A stretch of DNA of 64,000 bases, taken from NCBI GenBank assembly GCA_964019335.1, contig OZ025711.1, positions 439,023-503,022 of the forward strand, written 5' to 3'. A model generated the notes under the pieces. That model worked only from the letters and a program-made list of their open reading frames with translations. It ran no database searches and was not told where the DNA came from. Made by a program: the position numbers and the translations under genes. This stretch comes from Diplonema japonicum. Taxonomy: Eukaryota > Protista > Euglenozoa: Diplonemea. Below, piece after piece: positions 34,098 through 45,287 of this stretch (the stretch's first letter is position 1; each line of letters starts with the position of its first letter).

Positions 34098-35501
34098 TTA
34101 CTCCAGCGCTTTTTTAAGCTCCTTGATCTGCTCCTGAACGGCCGACTTCGCCGTCCCTCCAACAGCATCACGACGCTCCACTGACGTCTCAAAAGACCAA
34201 ACTTCAGAAATGTCCGCTTCAAATTTAGGAGAAATCTCCTTCAACTCCTTCAAAGGCACCTCAGCAATCGAAACACCTTTATCAGCAGCAACCCTGACTA
34301 GCGTTCCAACAAGATGATGGGTTTCTCTGAACGGCAGTCCTTTACGAACAAGGTAGTCCGCAACATCCGTGGCGAGAATATCATGAGAAAGTGCTTTTTG
34401 AAGGTTTTTTTCGTTCACAGTCATCGTTTCAATAACACCGGTCAAAACCTTAATACAAAGCGACAAGGTATCAGCGGCATCAAAAACACCTTCTTTGTCC
34501 TCCTGAAGATCTTTATTATATGTGGAAGGCAGGCCTTTCATGCACAACAAGATTCCCTGAAGGGAACCGACAACTCTCCCAGGCTTCCCCCTGAGAAGCT
34601 CCATTGAATCCGGGTTTTTCTTCTGCGGCATCAACGACGACCCGGTACTGTAACGATCGGCAAGGGTGATGAAACCGAATTCAGCAGTGCAGTATATGCA
34701 AAGGTCCTCAGCGATTCTAGACATGTGAACCAGCATTAAACTAGCGTTGAAAAGAAACTCCGCAACAAAATCTCTGTCGGAAGTAGAATCCAACGAATTC
34801 TGTGTGGGTTTTTTAAACCCGAGATCATCGGCTAGCGCCTGCCTGTCGATTCCGAACGGGTTTCCAGCAAGCGCGGAACCTCCTAAAGGACACATTCCCA
34901 ATCCGAAATCCGCGTTTTTCATTGCAGCAAAACGTTTCATATCTCTGAGCCATGACCATGCATGGGCGAGTAACCAATGAGACCATCTAATAGGCTGAGC
35001 TCGTTGGAGGTGAGTGTAACCCGGGAAAATGAGATCGATGTGTTGCTCAGCCCGTGTGATGGTTGTTTTGATAAGTGTTGTCATGAGGCCTTCCAATGAA
35101 TCGATCTCATCCTTGACCCACATTCTGAAGTCCACGGCGACCTGGTCGTTGCGGGATCTGCCGGTGTGGAGCTTTCCGGAGATTTCTTTTCCGATAATAT
35201 CTCCGAGTTCTCGTTCGTTTGCGGTGTGTATGTCCTCGTCACCGTGTTGGATTTTCATGGTGCCGTCTCTCCATCGTTTTCTCACCTCGTTCAGGCCGGT
35301 TTTTAGTTTTTTGCCCTCATCGGGCGTGACGAGTTTCAGAGAGACGAGTTGGGTTGCGTAGGCCTCGCTTCCCTTAAGGTCCTGGTTGTACAGCCTTTGG
35401 TCATAAGGAATAGAATCGTTGAACTTCTTCATAACCGCGTCGACCCCTTCTGCAAATCGCCCGCCTTCTTTGAACAATCCTCCTCGAGTTTTTTTGGACA
35501 T
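34098..35501 (-). CDS. ASL: Argininosuccinate lyase
   Basis: GGRF, DEDIHTANER, LHTGRSRNDQV, PGYTHLQRAQP, signature STGSSLMPQKKNPDSMEL, YNKDLQEDKE. Confidence 0.96.
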   Translation of the reverse strand: MSKKTRGGLFKEGGRFAEGVDAVMKKFNDSIPYDQRLYNQDLKGSEAYATQLVSLKLVTPDEGKKLKTGLNEVRKRWRDGTMKIQHGDEDIHTANERELGDIIGKEISGKLHTGRSRNDQVAVDFRMWVKDEIDSLEGLMTTLIKTTITRAEQHIDLIFPGYTHLQRAQPIRWSHWLLAHAWSWLRDMKRFAAMKNADFGLGMCPLGGSALAGNPFGIDRQALADDLGFKKPTQNSLDSTSDRDFVAEFLFNASLMLVHMSRIAEDLCIYCTAEFGFITLADRYSTGSSLMPQKKNPDSMELLRGKPGRVVGSLQGILLCMKGLPSTYNKDLQEDKEGVFDAADTLSLCIKVLTGVIETMTVNEKNLQKALSHDILATDVADYLVRKGLPFRETHHLVGTLVRVAADKGVSIAEVPLKELKEISPKFEADISEVWSFETSVERRDAVGGTAKSAVQEQIKELKKALE

Positions 35502-36884
35502 TTTTTTTTTTTTTTGGGATTTTCTTTTTTTTTTTTTTTTTTTTTTTGGTTACGGTTTCGTTTTTAAAAAAAAAAGGGGGGGGAGGAAAATGGATATAAT
35601 AAAAGAACGAAGCAAAAGAAAAAAAATATATATATAAAAGAAAAAGAAAAAAAAAAGGAAAAATACCTGTTTCTTTTTTTTTTCTTCTCTCTTTTTTAAA
35701 TTCTCTTGAAGTTTTCCCACTAAAATCCTCGTGCAGCCGACTTTTTTTTTTTCTTTCTTTTTTTTCCCCCCAGGCAATTTCAGAAGAGTGGGCCAAAAAA
35801 AAAAAAAAAAAAAATCGGGCCCCTGGGCAATTATTGGGCAGTCCTCGAAGTAGATTTTGTTGAATAATAAATGGAAGAAAAAAAAATAATTCTTTATGAC
35901 TATATGGTCTTTGTTGTTCGCACGGTTTTTAAAAAGCTGCGAAAGTTTTTAGAAAAAAAAAAAAAAAAAAAAAAAGCTGTTTAGATGGATCCTCAACGTT
36001 TCAGCCCGACACAAACTCCTTGAATTCAGACACTTATCTTCCCTTCCCTCACTTTTACAGTAAACTTCAGGGCCTTTAGAGTACGTGTACGTCAAATCGG
36101 GAAAATCTTTAAAAAAAAAAAAAAAAAAAAATCTCTCCCCCGGCTGCAACAAGGCTTGGTGGGTTATTTTTATTTTTTTTTATTTATTTTTTTTTTTTGT
36201 TGTAAATGAAAAGATCTTTTTAGGTGTGTAAAATGCGGGGCGGGGGGAGGGGGTGCTGCTAACCTCTCTTAATTATTACGAAAAAATGGACCGGCCCCGT
36301 TTATTTATTTTTTTGTTGTTGTTGTTGCCTAGCTTCGCTTCGCTTTAGCAACTCTTCCCCTATTGGAAAAAAAAAGGAAGCCCACAAAAACTTAAATATG
36401 GGGGGTCCTGGAGTAAAATTAAGAGGTCTGCAGAGGTGCTTCTTCTTTCTTTTTTTTTTTTTTTTATGCTATTCTTTTTTAGACATCCAATGCTTTGCGG
36501 GGATAAAAAAAAAAAAAAAAAAGAGGGGTAAATAATTTTGGGTATGCGCGTTGTGCGCCCACCGGGCCTCAGCCATGGTTTGTTTGTTGTCCAGCGTTGA
36601 CTAGCCGTCTTTTGCTCGAAGTTGAGGGCGATCCTTCCGGTGGGCCTTCTCGGAGGGGGGGGAAGAAAAGGCAGGATGCGTATATGGATATTCCAGAGGT
36701 GAGAGGCACAAATATCATCCACAGATTGTCGAAGGACATAGGGCATCTCTATCTTGGTTTTCTCTTTTTTTTTTTAATCGGAATAAAAGGGGCACAAAGC
36801 TATTTAAAATTGCTAAGTGTTTTTTTTTTTCTTTTTTCTTTTTTTCCTTTTTCATGACATCGTATTCTAAAGTGATAACTCTTC

Positions 36885-36939
<55 letters not shown>

Positions 36940-37034
36940 ATACACTTTAGAGATATGAAGCGAGAAAAAAAAAAAAAGGATCCCCCTTTCTCTTAATTGC
37001 TGCGCATATGAAAGCAGTTCCTCGTTCTAAACTG

Positions 37035-37067
<33 letters not shown>

Positions 37068-37595
37068 GTTCCCTTCTCTCTTTCTTCAAAAAAAAAGGAT
37101 GGAAACATAAATTTTCCACAAGATTTTCTACTTTCAGCCTATTTAATCTCCATACAAGTCAAAAAGAGAGGATACTTTTTTTTCTTTCTTTCATTCTTCT
37201 TTTTTTTTGTTTGTTTTATGTTCTAACTTCTTCTTTTTTAAATGTGTAAATAAGGGAGAGAGAGAGAGGGGCGAGAGGAGAACGGGAGAACGGGGTGGGG
37301 GAGTGTCTTTTGTACTCACCTGCAGGTATGAAATGCTGTATCATTCTTCAAAAAAAAAAAAAAAAACCTCTTCTTTTGTCCGTGTCGCTTTCTGCAGAAC
37401 GCAATGTCTGACCAGCCTTGCAAGTGTACAGCTCATGGGGAAGTTGGGGGGGGGGGGGGGGGGGGTGAGTCAGGCTTTATTCGGTCAATATCGGATTTTT
37501 TCTTCTTCTTCTTTTTCCCCCCTTCGAAGCCAGTGCTTTTTTTTTTTTTTTTTTTTTTTTTTTTCACTCTTCGTCATTTTCTTCACTCACTAGGG

Positions 37596-38051
37596 GACTC
37601 ATTATTTAACGCGAAATGGCCATTATTTAACTAGTTAAATAATGAGATTTTGGAGTTAAATTATGGGGCCTCAGAGTGAAAAAATGGGTCTTGTCGTGGG
37701 AAAAAAATGCACCCAACCCCTTGAAATTCTTTTTGGGGTGTGGGTATTTTGACTATTTTTGGCCATATGAGGCCATTCCAGCCCTTAAAAGTGGGAATAA
37801 GTGCCTTACTTCCCCTTTAAATGCCACGGCGAAATAGCTACCCTGTATTACCTTAGGAAAATCCCTAAAAAGCTGACCTGCGTGAAAAAAAACAGCTGTG
37901 AAAGCAGTGAAGAGTGAGTGACTCAAATGACGAAAAGTGAAATAAAACGACTTACTTGCCGCCAAATGAGCCATTATTTAACACTCGTTACCGTTTTTTT
38001 GCTTAGGGCCCTCGTGCAAAAAATTCGGGAACTCGAGTTAAATAATGACTC
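37596..38051. mobile_element. MITE-like element with 15-bp terminal inverted repeats
   Basis: GACTCATTATTTAAC at 37596 versus GTTAAATAATGACTC at 38037-38051 (14/15 inverted match). Extra CATTATTTAAC copies at 37621 (as a palindrome) and 37972. The interior lacks the long homopolymers of the flanks. Confidence 0.55.
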
Positions 38052-38224
38052 ATTATTTGTTGGCAATAAATAGCTATTTTTTTTTCTCCTTCCAGGATCG
38101 GCTGTTTTTAAAAACGGGGGGGGGGGGGGCAGTTTTTTTTAGCCTCTCCCAAAAAACCTTTTTTGCATGCGGCACAACACAAATACTTTTGTTGTCCTTG
38201 CGGTGCAAAGCTTAAAGCCGCGTG

Positions 38225-38255
<31 letters not shown>

Positions 38256-38820
38256 TTTTTTCCTTCTTCTTCTTTTTGACCCTGTCTGTACGAAAACACA
38301 GAATCCCGCAACACCGACCAATCATCAAAAAACCGCAAAAGCAAAAACCGGCAAAAAAAAAAAAAAAAAAAAGCGCTAGCCAAGGGGGATGAGGGAAAAC
38401 ACACGTATTTTTTTTTTTCCTTTCTTCTTCTTTTTTTTTTCCTTTTTTCGCGCCCTCTTCTTACTATCTCTTTGGGCCTCTAATCTGAGTTTTTAAATTT
38501 CCTAGGGTTATTGAGGTGACCTTCAAAAAAGATTATTTTTTTTCCTCTCCCTTTAAGGAAAATGCTGTCAGCCGAAACCCGAAGGGTAAAAGAAAAAAAG
38601 AAAAGATCGATTTTATAGCAAGTATGCCGTTCTTTACTTTATGGAAAGAGTGTGTCAGGGTATAATCAATGAAAGGGAGAGTGTTTCTTCTTTTTTTTTT
38701 TTTTATTATTATTTGTTTTGTGCAAGCTTTTTTTATTTTTTTTTTATTCACTCGTGCTACCCTTCTGCTGCAAGTCTGAATAAGTCACTGGCAAAGTGTT
38801 ACAGTATTTCTTTCTTTCTT

Positions 38821-38858
<38 letters not shown>

Positions 38859-40172
38859 GCAATATATATTGAGGGTTTCTTTTTCCTTTCCCCCCCTGAA
38901 GTACGAAAAGACACAAGTGATGGGAATATGCAAAAATTAAAAAAGAGAAAAAAAGAGGAAGAAAAGAAAATAGAAAGGGAAGCGCAATCTCAGTCCTGCT
39001 TTGCGCGAAAGGGGGGAGGGGGGCAATAAAACTACAAAAGAAAAAAAGAGAGAGAGAAAAAAAAACAGCGCGACTCCTTATGTTGCAAAGTCAGTTTTTT
39101 TTTTTTTTTCAATATTGCTTGCCACAACACTTACCATAAATTCCCTTTTTTTTCCCCCCTCCGTGGCCCTTCTTTTTTTCTTTTTTTTTTTTTTCTTGTT
39201 GATTAAAAAAATATATTCTCACATGCCCCGTCCCCTTTGATATAAATCACTCCAGAAGGGAAAAAAAAAAAGAGGAAAAAAAAATCAGGAGGTCGACAAA
39301 ATCAAAAAGACGGAAAAATTAATTTTCTTTTTTTAAAATCGCCAAAAAAAAAAAAAAAAAAGAGACTATTTAAGGGTGCCTGCAGTATGTGGCAGGGCAA
39401 GTATCGTCTACTTGATTACAGGGGGCGCGCCTCGGCCTAGTTGTAGCTTCTTCTGCGTTCCGCGTCGTGTACTTAATGCGTGCGGTGTGCAACTCAACCC
39501 CAGCCATGGTGCCCCTGGTAACCAAGATTCTGAGCCCGTGCAGTTTGCTGCCTGTTCGTCACCCTGAGCATCTTCCACTCGGGCGCTACCGGTGATGACC
39601 GACGTGGAGGTCAACAGCGAACAACACATCTGATGTACTTCTTTATATTTCCATATTTCTGTGTTGTCCCCACCACCCAAAAAGAAGGGAAATAAAATCA
39701 GATGCTTATAAAAGTGAAAGGCAGCACGGTTTCGATAAAGGGTTACAAACTGGCAGTACTGTGAAATAACGGGGGAGGGAGAAGGTTTTTTTAACAAAAA
39801 AAAAAAGAGAATCAAGGTTCTGAAAAGTAGATCACCCCCTCTTTTTTATTTTATTTCCTGCGTTTTTTTTTTTTTTTTTTTTTTTTTTTTCCTTCTTTTT
39901 TTTTTTCTTTTTTTTCTTTCAAATGCCTCATTTTAATATTATAATATACTTCTTCTAAGTTTTCTCTCTTTAGAAAAAAAAAAAAAGAAGCAAGGGGGGG
40001 AAACCCTTACAATGCAAATAAAAAAGGGTATGGGTAAGAAGTGATGAAAGAAAAAAAAAAGAAAAAGACACAAAAAGAAATTAGACATAATTGTGCACAG
40101 TTAATTAAACAAAAAGAAAAGCCCTCTAGAAAGAAAGCCCAAGAAAAAAAAGGGGGGAAGAAAAAAAAAAAG

Positions 40173-40357
40173 CTAAGCATAAGGCTGGTGTGTCATTAAA
40201 GTGACACGCGACTGTCCGTAAAGGCTTTCCAGCGTCGTTGACTGAGGTGTGCCATCACTCCTGCATTTCTTTCCTCTCCCCCCCCAAAAAAAAGCATACG
40301 CAAAGGTTGTCGGATGGCTGTCAATACTCACGGGGGAGTCTGTTCCAATCACGTGAA

Positions 40358-40395
<38 letters not shown>

Positions 40396-41243
40396 CCCAA
40401 GTCACATCACACCAGCTGTGTATGTCCGGACTTCAAAGTAGCAAGCTGCAGCTCGGCGGCAGTGGCTTGCGCTCGCAGCCTGTTCGCATTCTGCTCGGCC
40501 AGCAAAAGCTGGGCATCTCCCTTCTGGAACGACCCATTCAACGCCGCATCTTGCGGCAGAACAAGCGTCTGCGGGCTATCGACAAGCCACAACGGAGGCT
40601 CCGACGGTGTGGACTGAGGTGTCCCAACAAGAATCGGCAGCTGCGTGGCAACCTGAAACGAAGGGGCCAACACCATATGCGACACTACCCTAGGGCCGAC
40701 CTCCATAAACGGCGGTGTGGCGGGCAGGCTAATGGGAGTCGTCTGCATAGAGCTCCCTTCACGCGATGCGGTATTTGGAATATTATCGTGCTTATATTTA
40801 CACAGATCCCCTCTGTTACATGTCCCAGCCATCCAGTCCCTGCAGGACGGGGTTACCTTTTTCGGCCCGGTCCCCACGTGGGCGAATTTGCACCGATCAC
40901 CCCTGTTGCACTTTCCTGACGAGAAGTCTTTACATGGGACATTTGATTTCACGACTACGTACGGCTCACCGTTCTCGTCTAATCGATCGCCGTTTCTCTC
41001 GCTTTGTGTTGGGCCTGTGTGCGCGAAGCCGCAGGTTACGCCTCTGTTGCAGAATCCTCTCGCCCAATGCCGGCAGACATCTGTTTTTTTGCTCTTTGCC
41101 GGTTGTTCCTGCACCTCGGATGCGGTTTGTCGCACGTTGTTCTCCAGCTCGATCGCCTCGTCGCCGCTTAGCGGCACATAAGTACATGACGCCGCGATCA
41201 AGGAAGCAGCTTGCATTGGGTTCCCTTCATCAACAACAGCCAT
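40173..41243 (-). CDS. CCCH zinc-finger protein (three fingers), probably spliced at the 3' end
   Basis: CRHWARGFCNRGVTCGFAH, CKDFSSGKCNRGDRCKFAH, CRDWMAGTCNRGDLCKYKH. Putative introns 40359-40412 and 40261-40299 extend the frame to TAG at 40173. The unspliced stop is at 40407. Confidence 0.85.
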
Positions 41244-41344
41244 CCTGAGACGCTGGTGGAACCTGGAGGGGAAATGGTTTTACTATCGTTTTGTTATTTC
41301 TGGGGGGGGGGGTAAAATAGAATAAAATAAAGTAAAAACGTTGT

Positions 41345-42418
41345 TTACAGCTTCCCGTTCTGCGTGAATAGTGTGTCGGTGCCTGTTCCCTCCAACGCGC
41401 TGTCGACGAATGCTTTGCTCTCCGGACTGAGCGCAGCGTACGACCTGCGCAGCTCTGTGAGGCATTTAGCTTGGTACTTGAAAGCAGGTTGCTCCCAAAC
41501 CCCGTTAGGTGTGCGGATAACCGCGGTTTTTCTGTTCGCGATCCTGGCCTCATGTTGCCCGAGAAGAAGCGGGGCATAGGTAGACCCCATGAGGGTGAAC
41601 AGAGGCCGCAGCGTGGGTGTAGTGTCGTGCCAGTCCTCGGGGAAGACAGAGAGCCCCGAGAGGTCCATCATGTTCCAGATCCACGCAACAAGATTCGGAG
41701 CAGTGTCGGCTGCCATCTTGGCAGGCGTGGGGTCGAACAAGACCAGCTGCGACAACTGCCCGAACAACGCGAAGTCTGCAGCAGACGGACGGTCTCCAAA
41801 CATGAACTTCGCTTTGTAAAGGTGCTCCTTCAACACCGTCAGTAACTGTGCGTAAGATGATTCGATGATCTTGGCTGATTGCGGGTTGCTCCCTACGATG
41901 CCAAGCCTGCCCACCTGCCTCTGCCCCACCAGCCGGGCGACGCTGTTCTGCATCTTGTCGTTTTTCACGGAGACCGCGAAGTTCGGCAACACTGCCGCGG
42001 CCTTCCTCGCATCCTCGTCACACACCCAACGGTAGTGGAACATGCATTTCGTGCCCCATTCATCAGCAAAATCCTCCACAAGATCGCATAGAAACCTCAT
42101 TCCAGGGTGCGGTGGGTACAACGACCTCTCAGGTGTGTCCAGATCTCTTAATACAAAAGTGCTATCTCCCACAGCTTTCCCCCCGGGCAGGATAACATTC
42201 GGAAGCAAAGGCGGACCCGGGGGGCGGTTGAACCCTTTGTCGTCAGGGCCGCCCCTTACAATGTTGCGAAAACTCTTTCTCTGGTATGTGAAAGCAGCAC
42301 GCACTTTCAGTGTGTAAGGCGATCCGGGAGAACCCAGCACGAGAAGCGTCTTCCCGTCGGTCGGGGGTGCCTCTCTGGGTACACCTTTATCACCGTCACC
42401 GTGTATAATACCCGCCAT
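41345..42418 (-). CDS. Glutathione S-transferase-like protein (bacterial-type), C-terminal GKL
   Basis: GSPGSPYTLKVRA, LLPNV..GDST, EDFADEWGTKCMFHYRW, FMFGDRPSAADFALFGQL. Start placed at MAGIIHG (42418). Confidence 0.85.
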   Translation of the reverse strand: MAGIIHGDGDKGVPREAPPTDGKTLLVLGSPGSPYTLKVRAAFTYQRKSFRNIVRGGPDDKGFNRPPGPPLLPNVILPGGKAVGDSTFVLRDLDTPERSLYPPHPGMRFLCDLVEDFADEWGTKCMFHYRWVCDEDARKAAAVLPNFAVSVKNDKMQNSVARLVGQRQVGRLGIVGSNPQSAKIIESSYAQLLTVLKEHLYKAKFMFGDRPSAADFALFGQLSQLVLFDPTPAKMAADTAPNLVAWIWNMMDLSGLSVFPEDWHDTTPTLRPLFTLMGSTYAPLLLGQHEARIANRKTAVIRTPNGVWEQPAFKYQAKCLTELRRSYAALSPESKAFVDSALEGTGTDTLFTQNGKL

Positions 42419-42495
42419 GTGTCCCTTTTGTTGTGGAGTGAAAGTGAAATCTAAAAGGGAAGCTAAATAAAAAGGAAGAAGAAACATGAAATTGA

Positions 42496-45078
42496 TCACC
42501 AGACATTGATCGAGTTGCTCTTGCTGAACAAGCTGCGTTCCGGTGCGTTGTGGATGTTGAGCCTGATAGAGTTCGCTTCTTCCAACAGGAGACGGAAGTA
42601 CTCCCCGAACACAGCGTCGGGGTCTCTCAGGTGACCGCGTGCAAGGTCTAAAATCTTGGGGAGATGAACTTCAATCATTGTGATGGCGTGGTGGCCCAGT
42701 CCGCACAGCAGGTGGTACAAAAGAGACGCTGCTCCGCGTCGGCACAATTTTGATTTGTCAAGGGCAATGACATCGAAAGTGAGCTGACAGACGGTGTCGA
42801 GGTGCTCGCTGAGAGACCAAATGGAGTGTGTTGCAAGTGATGCCAAGCCTTGCATGGCGCTGGCCCTAACCAGTTCTGTCTCTCTTGCGTGGCATCGTTG
42901 CAGCAATGCTTCGGCAACACCAGGTCGAAGACCCTCTCCCGCCCGCCACACACAGTAGACAAGCACATCACACAGTTTCACAACACGGTCCTCCTCCGCA
43001 GCCTTGTCCAACAGCCTGTGGTCTCGTAACTGCAGCTTCGGACGGCTTTCGTATTTCCCGTTGTTTCTCACCTTTCGCATCCTTGCTTTTCTGATGGATT
43101 CAGCCTTCCTCTCTTCTTCTGACACATACGGTCGATAATGCTCGAGGAGGAAGGGGAGCGTCATTTCAGAGAACGCATCTGACATGGCGACCAGCCCGTT
43201 GATGGCAGGGAGGAACAAGAACGATTCAGTATCGTTGACATATGCTGTGAAGGCATCAAAGATGGATGAGAAGTTGGAGAGTGTAGTTTCTCTATGCGTC
43301 TGCTCCAAGACAAAGTGCTTTAGAGCGATCAAGGCATGGCCTTTGAAGGCTGTCTCGGTGGATGTGAGGTCGCCAAAGATGGAAGTCAGTAGCTCCTCGG
43401 ACGACTTATGTACGGTCTCCGTGTTCTCTTCTTTATTAAGCCTTGCGTCCAGTCTGTTTAACCCCAGCTTGCATCCCGCGATCATCTGTCCGATTTCCGG
43501 CTCGGGGCTGTTGAGCTTCCCAACCACCTCCTTCAGTTCAATGATTTTTCTCCTGTCAACAGAAACAATAAGCTTGTCCGTCAAAGCAAGCTCCAAGAGA
43601 CTGAGCCCGATGGTCATGCCCTCTAATGGGTCCTCCTCTTCACGCATTTCGTCGTTGTCGTCCCCGCTTCGGAGCTGCAATAAGAAGAGGACAAGCGTGA
43701 TGGCTTGGTCGCCGTTTTTGAGGCATTTCACGCCTAACTTCTCGATTAGCCTACACGCAAGTGTAAGGATGTTGGTGTCAGTTGGGTTGCTTTTATGCTC
43801 CGAAAGGAGGTCCATGAGCAGGTCTCCAGGAAGATGCGACTTCTCCGAAAGCGAACAGAGAAGGTGAACGATAGCTGAAACCGAGTCAACAGGGGGAATG
43901 GTGCCGTACGAGATGCAGACACCCCCTGTCGGGGACGGGGTGAAGTAGTAACCTTCTGCATCTGTGGACAGCATAGGAAGGCCTTTAATGCCATGGGAAG
44001 CTGCGGCAGATAGAATGTGAGACAGAAGAACAAGCCGGGATTTTTCGGGGTCGGAGTTGACTAATTTTTGGAGCACCTCAAAGAGAGCATTCTTCACGAG
44101 AAGCGCTGACTGGAAGACTGACGCGTGCATCTTGAGCAACGCACCCATGAACTCCCCGAACATGGTGAAAACCATGTCCTTTCTTACCTCAAAGATCATC
44201 CGGTGCATTCGCTCCACCGACTCCGCTACTTGTACCGCCTCGTGTTTGTTCGCCATGAGGAACGGCTTCACCATCGGCCGGATAAGATGCTTCCTAGATA
44301 GGTTCAGGTGCTTCTCGGTAAGCTTCACCATGAGAAGCGGGACGAAGGTATGAAAGTGTGGTGCACGCCACGTCTTAAGATCGGACCAGAGAGATTGAAC
44401 CTGCGGGGCGAGCAACCGATAGTGCTGCTCCGAGGTGTGGATAGTACTAGGGCACTTCGCAACGGCGTTTACAATCCGGGAATAGCCGCCTTCCTCTGTT
44501 TCTGGAACGCCTGTTAGCAGTGTGTCTGCAAGAACTCGAATGCCATGGAATCGAACCACCACCCTGTCGAGGAGGTCGGAGAGGTGTTTTGGGTACATGG
44601 ATATCCCCTTGAAGGGATCTTGAGTGATCGCGCGTGCAGAAAGCAAAGCAGGGATGAGGTATGTGGGGTGAACTGTGTCTATCAGTTCAGTGAAGAGTTT
44701 TTCCGCTTCTTGTTTTTCGTCAATCGTGAGCCATCGGAGTGCAGCGTCAACAGGTGTCAGGCCTATTTGACCAGGTTGCGACCATGTCGTCGGCCCTGGA
44801 ACGGACTGTGGAATTTCTTTTTGCGTCACCTTATACTGTAAATGCAGCAACCCTGTCACCACAACCCCCAGGTATCCCCGTGCCATCGCCAGTTTTGCGT
44901 CGCCGCTGGTCATGAACTGTATTTCATCCCATATTTCCCTTTCCGAACTGTTTTCCCTCACTGCTTTTTCCAATGCTTCTCCCGCCTCTTTAACCCTTTT
45001 TGCGATGTCGAAAAAATCGCCTGAAACCGACGCAGTGACCCCCTCTGACTCTTCCTTTGTTGGGGCTTCTTTCACCAT
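42496..45078 (-). CDS. TANGO6/Rtp1-like HEAT/ARM protein
   Basis: Rtp1-C1-like segment DLTSTETAFKGHALIALK..VNDTESFLFLPAINGLVAMSD, plus ELVRASAMQGLASL and CRRGAASLL. Confidence 0.75.
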   Translation of the reverse strand: MVKEAPTKEESEGVTASVSGDFFDIAKRVKEAGEALEKAVRENSSEREIWDEIQFMTSGDAKLAMARGYLGVVVTGLLHLQYKVTQKEIPQSVPGPTTWSQPGQIGLTPVDAALRWLTIDEKQEAEKLFTELIDTVHPTYLIPALLSARAITQDPFKGISMYPKHLSDLLDRVVVRFHGIRVLADTLLTGVPETEEGGYSRIVNAVAKCPSTIHTSEQHYRLLAPQVQSLWSDLKTWRAPHFHTFVPLLMVKLTEKHLNLSRKHLIRPMVKPFLMANKHEAVQVAESVERMHRMIFEVRKDMVFTMFGEFMGALLKMHASVFQSALLVKNALFEVLQKLVNSDPEKSRLVLLSHILSAAASHGIKGLPMLSTDAEGYYFTPSPTGGVCISYGTIPPVDSVSAIVHLLCSLSEKSHLPGDLLMDLLSEHKSNPTDTNILTLACRLIEKLGVKCLKNGDQAITLVLFLLQLRSGDDNDEMREEEDPLEGMTIGLSLLELALTDKLIVSVDRRKIIELKEVVGKLNSPEPEIGQMIAGCKLGLNRLDARLNKEENTETVHKSSEELLTSIFGDLTSTETAFKGHALIALKHFVLEQTHRETTLSNFSSIFDAFTAYVNDTESFLFLPAINGLVAMSDAFSEMTLPFLLEHYRPYVSEEERKAESIRKARMRKVRNNGKYESRPKLQLRDHRLLDKAAEEDRVVKLCDVLVYCVWRAGEGLRPGVAEALLQRCHARETELVRASAMQGLASLATHSIWSLSEHLDTVCQLTFDVIALDKSKLCRRGAASLLYHLLCGLGHHAITMIEVHLPKILDLARGHLRDPDAVFGEYFRLLLEEANSIRLNIHNAPERSLFSKSNSINVW

Positions 45079-45287
45079 TCTCTCGCTTTTTTCTTTCTTT
45101 CTTCCCTGTTATTTACCTTGGGGAAAGGAAACGAGGGGGGACAAAAAGAGGAATAAAGACACTAAAAAAATGGGATAAGAATAATAAAGAGGTGAAATAA
45201 TAAAAGGAGCAAAGAAGATAATCGAAAAAAGGTGAATGGGGGGGTTTCTAAGGTTTTTTTTTTTCTTCATGCCTTCTAATAGCGATC

